A DNA stretch of 30,823 nt from positions 1 to 30,823 of the IMG/VR virus record IMGVR_UViG_3300016484_000186; one strand, 5' to 3'. This DNA is from a virus (taxonomy: Duplodnaviria > Caudoviricetes). Of the stretch, positions 8,139-16,304 are shown one piece after another (the stretch's first letter is position 1; each line of letters begins with the position of its first letter). A program made the translations under genes and the position numbers. Below the pieces are notes generated by a model. It ran no database searches. It saw nothing but the letters and a program-made list of their open reading frames with translations, and was not told the DNA's origin.

Positions 8139-8798
8139 ATGAAAGTATTAAATTTATATGCTTGTCTAGGAGGAAACAGATACAAGTGGGATGAAGTAGC
8201 AAAAGAAGCAGGAATAGAAATAGAAGTTACTGCTGTTGAATTAGACGAAGAAGCTGCAAGATTATATCAAGAACGCTTCCCTAATGATAAAGTAATAGTT
8301 GCAGATGCACACAAATATTTATTAGATAATTTTAAAGAATTTGATTTTATTTGGAGTAGTCCACCCTGTCCTACACATAGTAAAGCAAGATATTGGGGTT
8401 TTGGTAAAAATGGTTTAAAACCTTGTTATCCTGATATGAAATTATATGAAGAAATAATTTTTTTAAAATATCATTTTTTTGGAAAATGGGTAGTTGAAAA
8501 TGTAAACCCTTATTATGAGCCTATGTTCAATCCTATACAAAAAGAAAGACATACATATTGGAGTAATTTTAAATTTCCAAATGTATTAAGTAATAGAAAT
8601 GATACAGCTTTAGTACAAGCATCACGCATTCAAGATTTATGTGATTTTCACGATTACGATTTTAGAAAATATAAAGGAAAACAAAGACTTTTAAAAATGG
8701 CACGTAATTTAGTAGACTATGAAGCAGGAAGAACTATTTTTGAAACAGCTTTAGGAATTATAAAAAAGAAAGATAGTAAGCAAATAGAATTATTTTAA
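8139..8798 (+). CDS. C5 DNA cytosine methyltransferase (short form)
   Basis: Motif I VLNLYACLGG, motif IV SPPCP, motif VI VVENV. Confidence 0.85.
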   Translation: MKVLNLYACLGGNRYKWDEVAKEAGIEIEVTAVELDEEAARLYQERFPNDKVIVADAHKYLLDNFKEFDFIWSSPPCPTHSKARYWGFGKNGLKPCYPDMKLYEEIIFLKYHFFGKWVVENVNPYYEPMFNPIQKERHTYWSNFKFPNVLSNRNDTALVQASRIQDLCDFHDYDFRKYKGKQRLLKMARNLVDYEAGRTIFETALGIIKKKDSKQIELF

Positions 8799-8799
8799 T

Positions 8800-9372
8800 A
8801 TGAAAGTAGAAATTAGCAAATTAAAAAGTAACGAAAACAATCCACGTTACATTAAAGATGAAAACTTTAAAAAGTTAGTAAAGTCAATTAAAGAGTTTCC
8901 GCAGATGTTAGAACTTCGCCCTATAGTAGTAGATAGCGAAATGGTTGTACTTGGTGGAAATATGCGTTTAAAGGCTTGTATAGAAGCAGGACTAAAAGAA
9001 GTACCTGTAGTTATAGCCGATACGCTAACAGAAGAACAAAAAAAAGAATTTATAATCAAAGATAATGTAGGATATGGCGAATGGGATTGGGATATATTAG
9101 CTAATGAATGGGATAACGAACTATTAACAGAATGGGGTTTAGATGTTTGGCAACCTGAAGCTGATGTAGATTATTCTTTATTAGACGATGAAGAAGAAAT
9201 AGACGGCTTATTAGACGATATGTCAAACGGAGTAAAAAAAGCTATACAAATTGAATTTGAAGCAGAACACTATGAACAGGCTTATGAGTTAGTTAAGTTT
9301 TGGAGAGAGAGAGATGCTTATGTAGGTGGTATGATTATGGAATATTTAAAAGATGAAAAAGATAAATTATGA
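8800..9372 (+). CDS. ParB/Srx N-terminal domain protein
   Basis: NPR...LVKSIKEF...RPIVVD...VLGGNMRLKA...DN; acidic linker and small C-terminal domain. Confidence 0.85.
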   Translation: MKVEISKLKSNENNPRYIKDENFKKLVKSIKEFPQMLELRPIVVDSEMVVLGGNMRLKACIEAGLKEVPVVIADTLTEEQKKEFIIKDNVGYGEWDWDILANEWDNELLTEWGLDVWQPEADVDYSLLDDEEEIDGLLDDMSNGVKKAIQIEFEAEHYEQAYELVKFWRERDAYVGGMIMEYLKDEKDKL

Positions 9373-10100
9373 TTTGTTTTATACCTACAAAAGGAAGAGT
9401 TAAAACAAAGACTTATAAATTATTTCTTGACGCTGGTATTGATGTAATTCATTTTATTGAGCCAAAAGAATTTGATTTATATGATGTACCAAATAAAGTG
9501 TCAATACTCAAAAATGATATGGGTATTGCATATGTACGCAATTTTATGTTGGAATATGCAAAAAAAAACAATCACGAATGGGTGATTATGTGTGATGATG
9601 ATGTAGACCATTTCGGTGTTTATAATAATGGTAATATTAAAAAAGATGCAAATATTTGGCACGAAATAAAACAAAAAGTTGAAAAATTACCATTTGAATT
9701 AATTGGTATAAATTATAGACAATTAGCTTGGACTGAAAAAACTAATTATTCTATAAATAAAAGATTTGTTGAAGTATGCGTTCTTTTTAATATTAATAGA
9801 ATAAAATGGGTTTATAGGTCAGAATTTAATATGAAAGAGGATAGAGATTTTTCAATGCAAACAATACAAAAAGGAAATGGAATTTTAAGATTTAATAAAT
9901 ATTTTTATAATTGCCCAGACGTAGGAACAAATCCTGGAGGATTACAAGAAGAATATAAATCTAAAAAAGATGAAGAAACTGCTTTTAAAATGTGCAGAGA
10001 ATGGAATCCATTTGTTACTTTGAAAAAAAAAGGAAACCGTATTGATATAAAAGCCGATTTAAAATCATTAGCAAAATATTATAAAAAAATAATAAAATGA
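9369..10100 (+). CDS. TET-associated (GREB1-like/TAGT) GT-A fold glycosyltransferase
   Basis: FIPTKGR, GIAYVRNF, MCDDD (DxD), KEDRDF and GG motifs; adjacent to TET/JBP. Confidence 0.75.
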   Translation: MICFIPTKGRVKTKTYKLFLDAGIDVIHFIEPKEFDLYDVPNKVSILKNDMGIAYVRNFMLEYAKKNNHEWVIMCDDDVDHFGVYNNGNIKKDANIWHEIKQKVEKLPFELIGINYRQLAWTEKTNYSINKRFVEVCVLFNINRIKWVYRSEFNMKEDRDFSMQTIQKGNGILRFNKYFYNCPDVGTNPGGLQEEYKSKKDEETAFKMCREWNPFVTLKKKGNRIDIKADLKSLAKYYKKIIK

Positions 10101-10906
10101 AAAAATTAGAATTAGTAAAGTTAGAACACAATGTAAAAGTAGGAGACGTATGCGAATACATAGAGCCTAACGTAACAGAAGATACTTTGTTTTTAGAAAA
10201 TGGAGAGCCAATAGGTTTTTTCATTAAAGATATTTCAAAGTATTCTGAAAAAGCTAGTAAATTAGCAGATTTAGCAAACACTGAATTAAGGAGTAAAAAT
10301 GTACCTAAAACAGAAATGAGCAGAGGTCCACAAGGAAGTAAAAAAGATAAAATAGAAAGAATTAAAAAAGGAATTAATTTAGTAACACAATACAGTACTA
10401 TTTTAGGAAGCGTACCACCAAAGCCACATATGAGAAGACCATATCCAACTATATCTAGTGTGCATAGTGTTAAAACAGCTCAAACTTTTATAAAAGCTAT
10501 GTATAAACTTTGTTTAGAGAGTGAAGAAATAATAAAGCAAATAGCACCAAATATATATGATAAACAAAAAAAGATATTTGACGAGCAAGTAGATAAAAAA
10601 TGGAAGTTCGGAAACTTATTTACAAGTTCTATCTCTAACTTTAATATAGCAGCAGGTTTTCACGTTGATAATGGAAATATAAAAGACTGTGTAAATGTTA
10701 TTATAACAAAAAGACAAAATAGTAAAGGAGGTTGTACAACAGTACCTGACTATAATGCCACTATGGATAGCTGTGATAATTCTATATTAGTTTACCCTGC
10801 TTGGAAAAATATACACGGAGTAACACCTATTATACCAACTCACGAGGGTGGATATAGAAATAGTTTAGTATTCTATCCTTTAAAAGCATTTGTAGGACTT
10901 AAATAA
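10097..10906 (+). CDS. TET/JBP-family 2OG-Fe(II) dioxygenase
   Basis: FTSSISNFN...FHVDNGN (HxD), IHGVTP (distal His), RNSLVFY (2OG-binding Arg). Confidence 0.85.
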   Translation: MKKLELVKLEHNVKVGDVCEYIEPNVTEDTLFLENGEPIGFFIKDISKYSEKASKLADLANTELRSKNVPKTEMSRGPQGSKKDKIERIKKGINLVTQYSTILGSVPPKPHMRRPYPTISSVHSVKTAQTFIKAMYKLCLESEEIIKQIAPNIYDKQKKIFDEQVDKKWKFGNLFTSSISNFNIAAGFHVDNGNIKDCVNVIITKRQNSKGGCTTVPDYNATMDSCDNSILVYPAWKNIHGVTPIIPTHEGGYRNSLVFYPLKAFVGLK

Positions 10907-10913
10907 AATAAAT

Positions 10914-11264
10914 ATGAATAAACAAAATTCAACATTAAAAAAGGCAATGTTAGAAGCATTAGAGAAATCTTTAGGAGTTGTAACAACAGCCTGTAAACAA
11001 GTTGGTATAGATAGAGGTACGCATTATAATTGGTTAAAGAATGACGAGGAGTATAAAGAGCAAGTAAAGAATTTAGAAAATGTAGTATTAGATTTTGCAG
11101 AGAGCCAATTACATAAACAAATTTTAGACGGAAATACAACAGCTACAATATTTTTATTAAAGACAAAAGGTAAGAGCAGAGGTTATATAGAAAGACAAGA
11201 AATAGTAACAGATACAGATAACTTTTTTAAAGTAGAAATAATAGATGCAGAAGATAAAGACTAA
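10914..11264 (+). CDS. terS: Terminase small subunit
   Basis: HTH GVVTTACKQVGIDRGTHYNW and GNTTATIFLLKTKGKSRGYIER; directly upstream of TerL. Confidence 0.8.
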   Translation: MNKQNSTLKKAMLEALEKSLGVVTTACKQVGIDRGTHYNWLKNDEEYKEQVKNLENVVLDFAESQLHKQILDGNTTATIFLLKTKGKSRGYIERQEIVTDTDNFFKVEIIDAEDKD

Positions 11265-12399
11265 TATAGTTTTTAAGCACCTTAACGCTTCAAATAAGCG
11301 AATAACTATAGAGCAGGGAGGTACTCGTTCAGGAAAAACATATAATATCCTTATATGGCTTATATTTGATTATTGTGCAAATAACAAAGGTAAGATAGTA
11401 ACTGTGGCGAGAAAGACTTTCCCTGCTTTACGTACTTCTGCTATGCGTGATTTTTTCGAGATATTAAGAACGTATAACATATATAGCGAGGAATACCACA
11501 ACAAATCTAATTCAGAATATTACTTAAACGGAAACCTAGTAGAGTTTATTAGTTTAGACCAACCTACAAAGGTAAGAGGTAGAAAAAGAGATTTACTTTA
11601 CGTTAATGAAGCTAACGAGTTATTTTGGGAAGATTGGCAGCAATTAGTATTTAGAACAAAAGAAAAAATAATAATAGATTATAACCCTAGTGACGAGTTT
11701 CATTGGATATATGATAAGGTAAAGACTAGAGAAGATGCAGACTTTTATATTACAACGTATAGAGACAATCCTTTTTTAGACGATGAGATAAAAAAAGAAA
11801 TAGAACGGTTAAAAGAAACAGACGAGAATTATTGGAATGTTTACGGACTAGGTTTGACAGGACAAAGTAAGTCATTAATATTTAGAATTAACGAAACAAA
11901 AGAAATACCAAAAGAAGCAAAGTTTTTAGCATACGGTATGGACTTTGGTTTTACTAACGACCCTACTACTTTAGTTGCTGTATATCAGTCAGGAGATAAC
12001 TTATATTTTGATGAACTAATATACCAAACAGGTTTAACCAATACGGATATATCAAATAAGTTAAAGGAGTTAGGAATAGATAAAAGAGCAGAGATATACG
12101 CAGATGATGCAGAGCCAAAAAGTATAGAAGAGTTATACCGTATGGGTTGGAATGTAAAAGAAGCTAAAAAGAAAGAGGTTAATTTAGGAATTGATATAAT
12201 GAAGCGTTATAGTTTATACTGTACTAGCAATTCTACCAATATGATAAAAGAATTTAAGAACTATAAATGGATAGAAGATAAGAACAGCAATATATTAAAC
12301 AAGCCTGTAGATATGTTTAATCACTCTATAGATGCTATTCGTTATGTATGTTATAATAAAATGAGTAGGCCAAACTATGGAAGATATGCTATAAGATAG
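11245..12399 (+). CDS. terL: Terminase large subunit (PBSX/Terminase_3-like)
   Basis: Walker A GGTRSGKT, Walker B YVNEANE, DYNP, nuclease GMDFGF and NHSIDAIRY. Confidence 0.95.
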   Translation: MQKIKTNIVFKHLNASNKRITIEQGGTRSGKTYNILIWLIFDYCANNKGKIVTVARKTFPALRTSAMRDFFEILRTYNIYSEEYHNKSNSEYYLNGNLVEFISLDQPTKVRGRKRDLLYVNEANELFWEDWQQLVFRTKEKIIIDYNPSDEFHWIYDKVKTREDADFYITTYRDNPFLDDEIKKEIERLKETDENYWNVYGLGLTGQSKSLIFRINETKEIPKEAKFLAYGMDFGFTNDPTTLVAVYQSGDNLYFDELIYQTGLTNTDISNKLKELGIDKRAEIYADDAEPKSIEELYRMGWNVKEAKKKEVNLGIDIMKRYSLYCTSNSTNMIKEFKNYKWIEDKNSNILNKPVDMFNHSIDAIRYVCYNKMSRPNYGRYAIR

Positions 12400-12447
12400 T
12401 GTATTTACTAGGAAAGTAAAAAAAAATAAAAAAAAATTAAAAAAAGT

Positions 12448-12478
12448 TTTGTTTATTAAAAAATTGTTTATATCTTTG
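12448..12478 (+). promoter_or_regulatory. Early host-type promoter (-33 TTTG, -7 TATCTTTG)
   Basis: TTTG at 12448-12451, 19-nt spacer, TATCTTTG at 12471-12478; upstream A-tracts. Confidence 0.8.
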
Positions 12479-12504
12479 TCAAAGAAATTTAAAATAAACT
12501 AAAA

Positions 12505-12711
12505 ATGGAAAACTTATTAAGCAAATCAGTAGAAGAAAGAGCAATACAATTAATAATTAATGGAATTGATACTTTAGAAGCTATTAAACAAGCTATAAAT
12601 GAAGAGCAAGATTTAATAGAAGAAATGATAGCTCAAAATACAGAACGTTCTAAAAAAGCTAAAAATACTATTTGTAAAAATGTTTATGGTTTAATTCACT
12701 TAATATCTTAA
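12505..12711 (+). CDS. Hypothetical protein
   Basis: 68 aa; first gene after the promoter. Confidence 0.7.
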   Translation: MENLLSKSVEERAIQLIINGIDTLEAIKQAINEEQDLIEEMIAQNTERSKKAKNTICKNVYGLIHLIS

Positions 12712-12713
12712 TT

Positions 12714-12947
12714 ATGGGCTTTGAAACATTAGTTAGTATTTGTAAAAAATGTAATGGAACTATAATAAAAACAGGTAAAATAATATCAAGTAGATGTAAA
12801 TGTAATAAAATGGAAAACTTAAAAGAACTAAAAAAAGAATTAACGTTAACTCAAATAGATATGTTAATTTCATTAGCTGAATTATCAGACAGAATATATG
12901 AAAAAAATAAACTAGAAGAAATAAAGAACTATATTTTAAATAACTAA
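12714..12947 (+). CDS. Hypothetical protein (start uncertain; internal ATG at 12810 also plausible)
   Basis: N-terminal CKKC...CKC, then MENLKELKKE with its own A-rich leader. Confidence 0.55.
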   Translation: MGFETLVSICKKCNGTIIKTGKIISSRCKCNKMENLKELKKELTLTQIDMLISLAELSDRIYEKNKLEEIKNYILNN

Positions 12948-12950
12948 AAA

Positions 12951-13097
12951 ATGGAAATAGGAACTAGATATAAATTTACAGACGGTACTATAGGAACTTT
13001 AAGACAGACTAATAAAAACTTTGGTTTATTTATATTTGAAAACGGAAAACAATTTGTATTTAATTTGAATAACTTAAAAGAAAAAAATATATTATGA
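12951..13097 (+). CDS. Small beta-rich hypothetical protein (48 aa, not in ORF track)
   Basis: MEIGTRYKFTDGTIGTLRQTNKNFGLFIFENGKQFVFNLNNLKEKNIL*. Confidence 0.65.
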   Translation: MEIGTRYKFTDGTIGTLRQTNKNFGLFIFENGKQFVFNLNNLKEKNIL

Positions 13098-13219
13098 AAA
13101 CAACAGCTTTAATTTTAGGAACTATAGGACTAGGGTTAGAAAATACCCTAGCTACTTTCGGAATACTTATAGTAATGGGTATAATAGTTTATATAGATTA
13201 TCAAAATGAGCAGAGATAA
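13094..13219 (+). CDS. Small membrane protein (41 aa, not in ORF track)
   Basis: MKTTALILGTIGLGLENTLATFGILIVMGIIVYIDYQNEQR*; ATGA overlap. Confidence 0.6.
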   Translation: MKTTALILGTIGLGLENTLATFGILIVMGIIVYIDYQNEQR

Positions 13220-13451
13220 AAGATTTGTAGCTTTAAAATGGTGTCATAACAACGGTATTATTATTTACCCTGTTACAGATTTAACAGCACCAAAGTATAG
13301 TTTAGGAAAACGTAATATACAGAAAGTACAAATAGAAATAAACAACAAAGGTAAAATAAGCAAAGATAAAAAGTGGTATAAACAAGACGAGGAATTATCT
13401 AATAAGATAACAGAATACTATTTATTTTACTATGATAGATATAATAAGTAA
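13206..13451 (+). CDS. Hypothetical protein
   Basis: 81 aa; ALKWCHNNGIIIYPV. Confidence 0.7.
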   Translation: MSRDKRFVALKWCHNNGIIIYPVTDLTAPKYSLGKRNIQKVQIEINNKGKISKDKKWYKQDEELSNKITEYYLFYYDRYNK

Positions 13452-13480
13452 TTAAGTTAAGTTTGGTTTGTTTTTAAATT

Positions 13481-13509
13481 GGGTAGCTAGAAATAGTTAC
13501 CCTTTTTTT
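13481..13509 (+). terminator. Rho-independent terminator
   Basis: GGGTAGCTA-GAAA-TAGTTACCC followed by T7. Confidence 0.9.
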
Positions 13510-13534
13510 ATGCTCACAAATAGCCTTTTAGAAA

Positions 13535-13543
13535 CGTTATATA
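13535..13543 (+). promoter_or_regulatory. Putative late promoter -10 element CGTTATATA
   Basis: Repeated motif, located after a terminator and before the tail operon. Confidence 0.7.
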
Positions 13544-13554
13544 AATAAAAATAT

Positions 13555-14232
13555 ATGAAAGTAAGTATTAATATACCTGATAACTTAAGCGAGATAACTT
13601 TAGAGCAGTACCAAAAGTATTTAAAAATAGTGGAGCAGAATAAGCATATAGAAAATGCAGAAACTTTTTTAGAGTTAAAAATGATTGAAGTATTTTGTCA
13701 TATACCATATTCAGAAGCTATAAAAATTAAGTATAAGGATATTAAATACATAGTTAATCACATAGGAGGTTTATTACAGCAAAAGCCTGAATTAGTTAAA
13801 GGATTTAAGATAGGAGAAAAAAACTTTGGTTTCGTTACTAATTTAGACGAACTTACTTTTGACGAGTACACTACACTAGATACAAACATATCTAATTTAG
13901 ATAATATGCATATAGCTATGGCTGTATTGTATAGACCGATAAAATCAGGAAGCTATAGTAGTAAATACATACTAGAAGACTACGAAATTAAAAAGTATTG
14001 GGAAGTAATGAAGTATATGCCTTTAGATGCTGTTTTTAGTTCGTTGGTTTTTTTTTATCATTTAGGGATAGAATTATCGAAAGCTACCCTGAAATATTTG
14101 CAGACAGAGGAAATACAGACGAGTTTTCAGCAAGAACTCAATTTAGTACAAAATGGGGTTGGTATAACTCAATTTACCGACTTGCTTCAGGAGATATTAC
14201 CAAGTTTGGAGAAGTCGCAAAACTTAATATAA
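13555..14232 (+). CDS. Putative tail assembly chaperone (0-frame product)
   Basis: First gene of the tail operon; contains a G-GTT-TTT-TTT slippery run at 14046-14056. Confidence 0.6.
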   Translation: MKVSINIPDNLSEITLEQYQKYLKIVEQNKHIENAETFLELKMIEVFCHIPYSEAIKIKYKDIKYIVNHIGGLLQQKPELVKGFKIGEKNFGFVTNLDELTFDEYTTLDTNISNLDNMHIAMAVLYRPIKSGSYSSKYILEDYEIKKYWEVMKYMPLDAVFSSLVFFYHLGIELSKATLKYLQTEEIQTSFQQELNLVQNGVGITQFTDLLQEILPSLEKSQNLI

Positions 14233-14315
14233 ATGAGTGCTTATATTATTTAGCATATAAGGCAGAGTTAGACGAATTAGAACAAAACGAAATTAAAAAA
14301 CAATTTAAGAAATGA
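14055..14315 (+). CDS. -1 frameshift extension of the tail chaperone (fusion about 253 aa)
   Basis: 86 open codons LSFRDRIIESYPEIF...KWGWYNSIYRLASGDITKF...KQFKK* with no own ATG; its TGA overlaps the next ATG. Confidence 0.75.
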   Translation, partial: LSFRDRIIESYPEIFADRGNTDEFSARTQFSTKWGWYNSIYRLASGDITKFGEVAKLNINECLYYLAYKAELDELEQNEIKKQFKK

Positions 14316-14788
14316 TAACTAACGAATTTGGTTTACAGAACTTTTACAAAATAACGGATATGATAAAAGATAATTTTATAGATAGTCCGTATGTAAATAC
14401 TGTAACGTATGGTAATATATTTGACATAGATTTAAGCAAACAAACTATATTTCCTTTAACTCACGTACAAGTTAATACAGCTACACATAACGAAAATGTA
14501 ATTACATATAACATTACTATTATGAATATGGATTTAGTAGATATTAGCAAAGAAGCACCTGCAGATATTTACTATGGTAACGATGATTTACATAATGTAT
14601 ATAATACGCAATTAGCTGTTATTAATAAATTCATTCAAGAAGTAAATAGAGGTTTTATAGGTAGAGACGGTTTCCAATTAAACGGACAACCTACAAGTGA
14701 AGCGTTTATGGATAGGTTTGAAAATTTATTAGCAGGTTGGGTTACTACTATTAATATAGATGTTGCGAACAATATATCAGTATGCTAG
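14312..14788 (+). CDS. Putative tail terminator/completion protein
   Basis: Size, position and IFPLTHV motif in a beta-rich protein. Confidence 0.55.
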   Translation: MITNEFGLQNFYKITDMIKDNFIDSPYVNTVTYGNIFDIDLSKQTIFPLTHVQVNTATHNENVITYNITIMNMDLVDISKEAPADIYYGNDDLHNVYNTQLAVINKFIQEVNRGFIGRDGFQLNGQPTSEAFMDRFENLLAGWVTTINIDVANNISVC

Positions 14789-15294
14789 ATAATTTAAAAA
14801 AGGCTTTAGAAACATTAAGGGATAATGTAGTTAATGCTAGTAAAAAGAATTTACAGGGAGCAAAAAAAATAACTACAGGAGACTTATATAACTCTATTAA
14901 AGGAAGCGAAGTAAAAGTAACGGATAAGTCTATACAATTTAACATTGAAATGGAAGACTACGGAACTTTTGTAGATAAGGGTGTAAACGGAAAAAAGAGT
15001 GCCTTTACTACTCCATATTCGTATAAGGATAAAATGCCACCACCTAGTAAGCTAGATAAATGGATAGTTAAAAAAGGAATAGCACCAAGAGACGAGAAAG
15101 GAAAATTTATAGATAGAAAAAGTTTACAGTTTTTAATAGCGAGAAGTATTTTTAATAATGGTTTTAAGCCTACTTTATTTTTTACTAAACCGTTTGAAGA
15201 GGAATATAAAAAACTCGAGGGGCAATTAGATAACATATTATTTAAAGATGCAGAAGATATGATAAACTTTGTAATTAAACAAAATAGAAAATGA
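14782..15294 (+). CDS. Neck/tail completion protein (HK97 gp10-like)
   Basis: TGDLYNSI...YGTFVDKG...GFKPTLFF pattern. Confidence 0.6.
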   Translation: MLDNLKKALETLRDNVVNASKKNLQGAKKITTGDLYNSIKGSEVKVTDKSIQFNIEMEDYGTFVDKGVNGKKSAFTTPYSYKDKMPPPSKLDKWIVKKGIAPRDEKGKFIDRKSLQFLIARSIFNNGFKPTLFFTKPFEEEYKKLEGQLDNILFKDAEDMINFVIKQNRK

Positions 15295-16304
15295 AAAAAA
15301 TATTTGTACGCAGTCCGTACTTTATAGAAGTAAACGAAACAGGGCAAACAGGGGCAAAAGTAGATTTATTTATATGGCATAGAAACGAGAGTGAGCCTAC
15401 TGTACCTACATATACTTTGACACAGAATATAGCAAGTCAAACGCAAACTAATATAACATTCAATATTAGCCCTTATGCTTTAGACAATATACAAATAGTT
15501 ACACCTACAATAGGAGCAAGTATAGCTTTAGAAGATGCTGTAAATTGGGTATATGTAAAAGTTAAAAGATATAAAATAGTTTCAGGAACTTCTACTTTAT
15601 TAGATACAGAAACTTTTGCAGCTTTAAATGGTTTTACTTTATATGAAAATGGTTATAACCAATATAATGATAGTGATGTAGTACCTTTATTTAATACAGA
15701 TATTTTACTTTATAATTTTAACGATACTAATAAATACGTTAATGTTTGGTTAGATGCTAGTACTAGATACCGTTATAACGAAGCACCTTTTACAGCAGCA
15801 GTAGACGGAGTATATAAATTACCTTATTCAATAGATTTAAATTACACTTTAAAAAAAGGAACTATAAGCCCAATTTTAAGATTTGATTATAATATAGAGA
15901 ATTTATGTGAGCCTAAATATACTCCTGTAGTATGTAGTTATATTAATCGTTTTGGTGGTTGGCAGTTTTTAACGTTTTTTAAGGCTTCAAAAGAAAGTTT
16001 GGAAACAGAGTATAAAGATTTTAAATTAATGCCTCAAAGCGTAGATTATGACGTTAATTTAGGAGTTACTAAAACATTTAACCAACAGGGTAAAAAGAAA
16101 ATAACTTGCAATACAGGTTGGGTAGACGAAAACTACTTTGAGTTAATAGAGGATTTAATGTTAAGCGATATCATATTAATTGACGGAAAACCTGCTTATA
16201 TATTGAGCAAGTCAACAGATAGAAAAACATATATAAGAGATAAAAATATAAACTACACTTTAGACTTCCAATATGCCTATGGTGTAATTAATGATATAAT
16301 TTAA
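15291..16304 (+). CDS. Tail tip/distal tail structural protein
   Basis: Beta-rich; C-terminal YINRFGGWQFLTF...NTGWV...DLMLSD; located in the tail operon. Confidence 0.55.
   Translation: MKKIFVRSPYFIEVNETGQTGAKVDLFIWHRNESEPTVPTYTLTQNIASQTQTNITFNISPYALDNIQIVTPTIGASIALEDAVNWVYVKVKRYKIVSGTSTLLDTETFAALNGFTLYENGYNQYNDSDVVPLFNTDILLYNFNDTNKYVNVWLDASTRYRYNEAPFTAAVDGVYKLPYSIDLNYTLKKGTISPILRFDYNIENLCEPKYTPVVCSYINRFGGWQFLTFFKASKESLETEYKDFKLMPQSVDYDVNLGVTKTFNQQGKKKITCNTGWVDENYFELIEDLMLSDIILIDGKPAYILSKSTDRKTYIRDKNINYTLDFQYAYGVINDII

Noticed and set aside
9560-10031. A9 runs in the glycosyltransferase gene (9560-9568, 10023-10031) as frameshift sites
   Set aside because: The -1 frames stop within about ten codons and would only truncate the enzyme; A-runs are expected at this AT content.
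8139-10906. Inferring a GpC target for the MTase/TET cassette from motif retention
   Set aside because: AGCT and TGCA are abundant, but GGCC and GCGC look rare and non-GpC motifs (CTAG, GTAC) are also retained, so the pattern does not single out GpC.
13458-13465. TAAGTTTG as a -7 promoter element
   Set aside because: No TTTG at the -33 position, and the transcript would be little more than the terminator.
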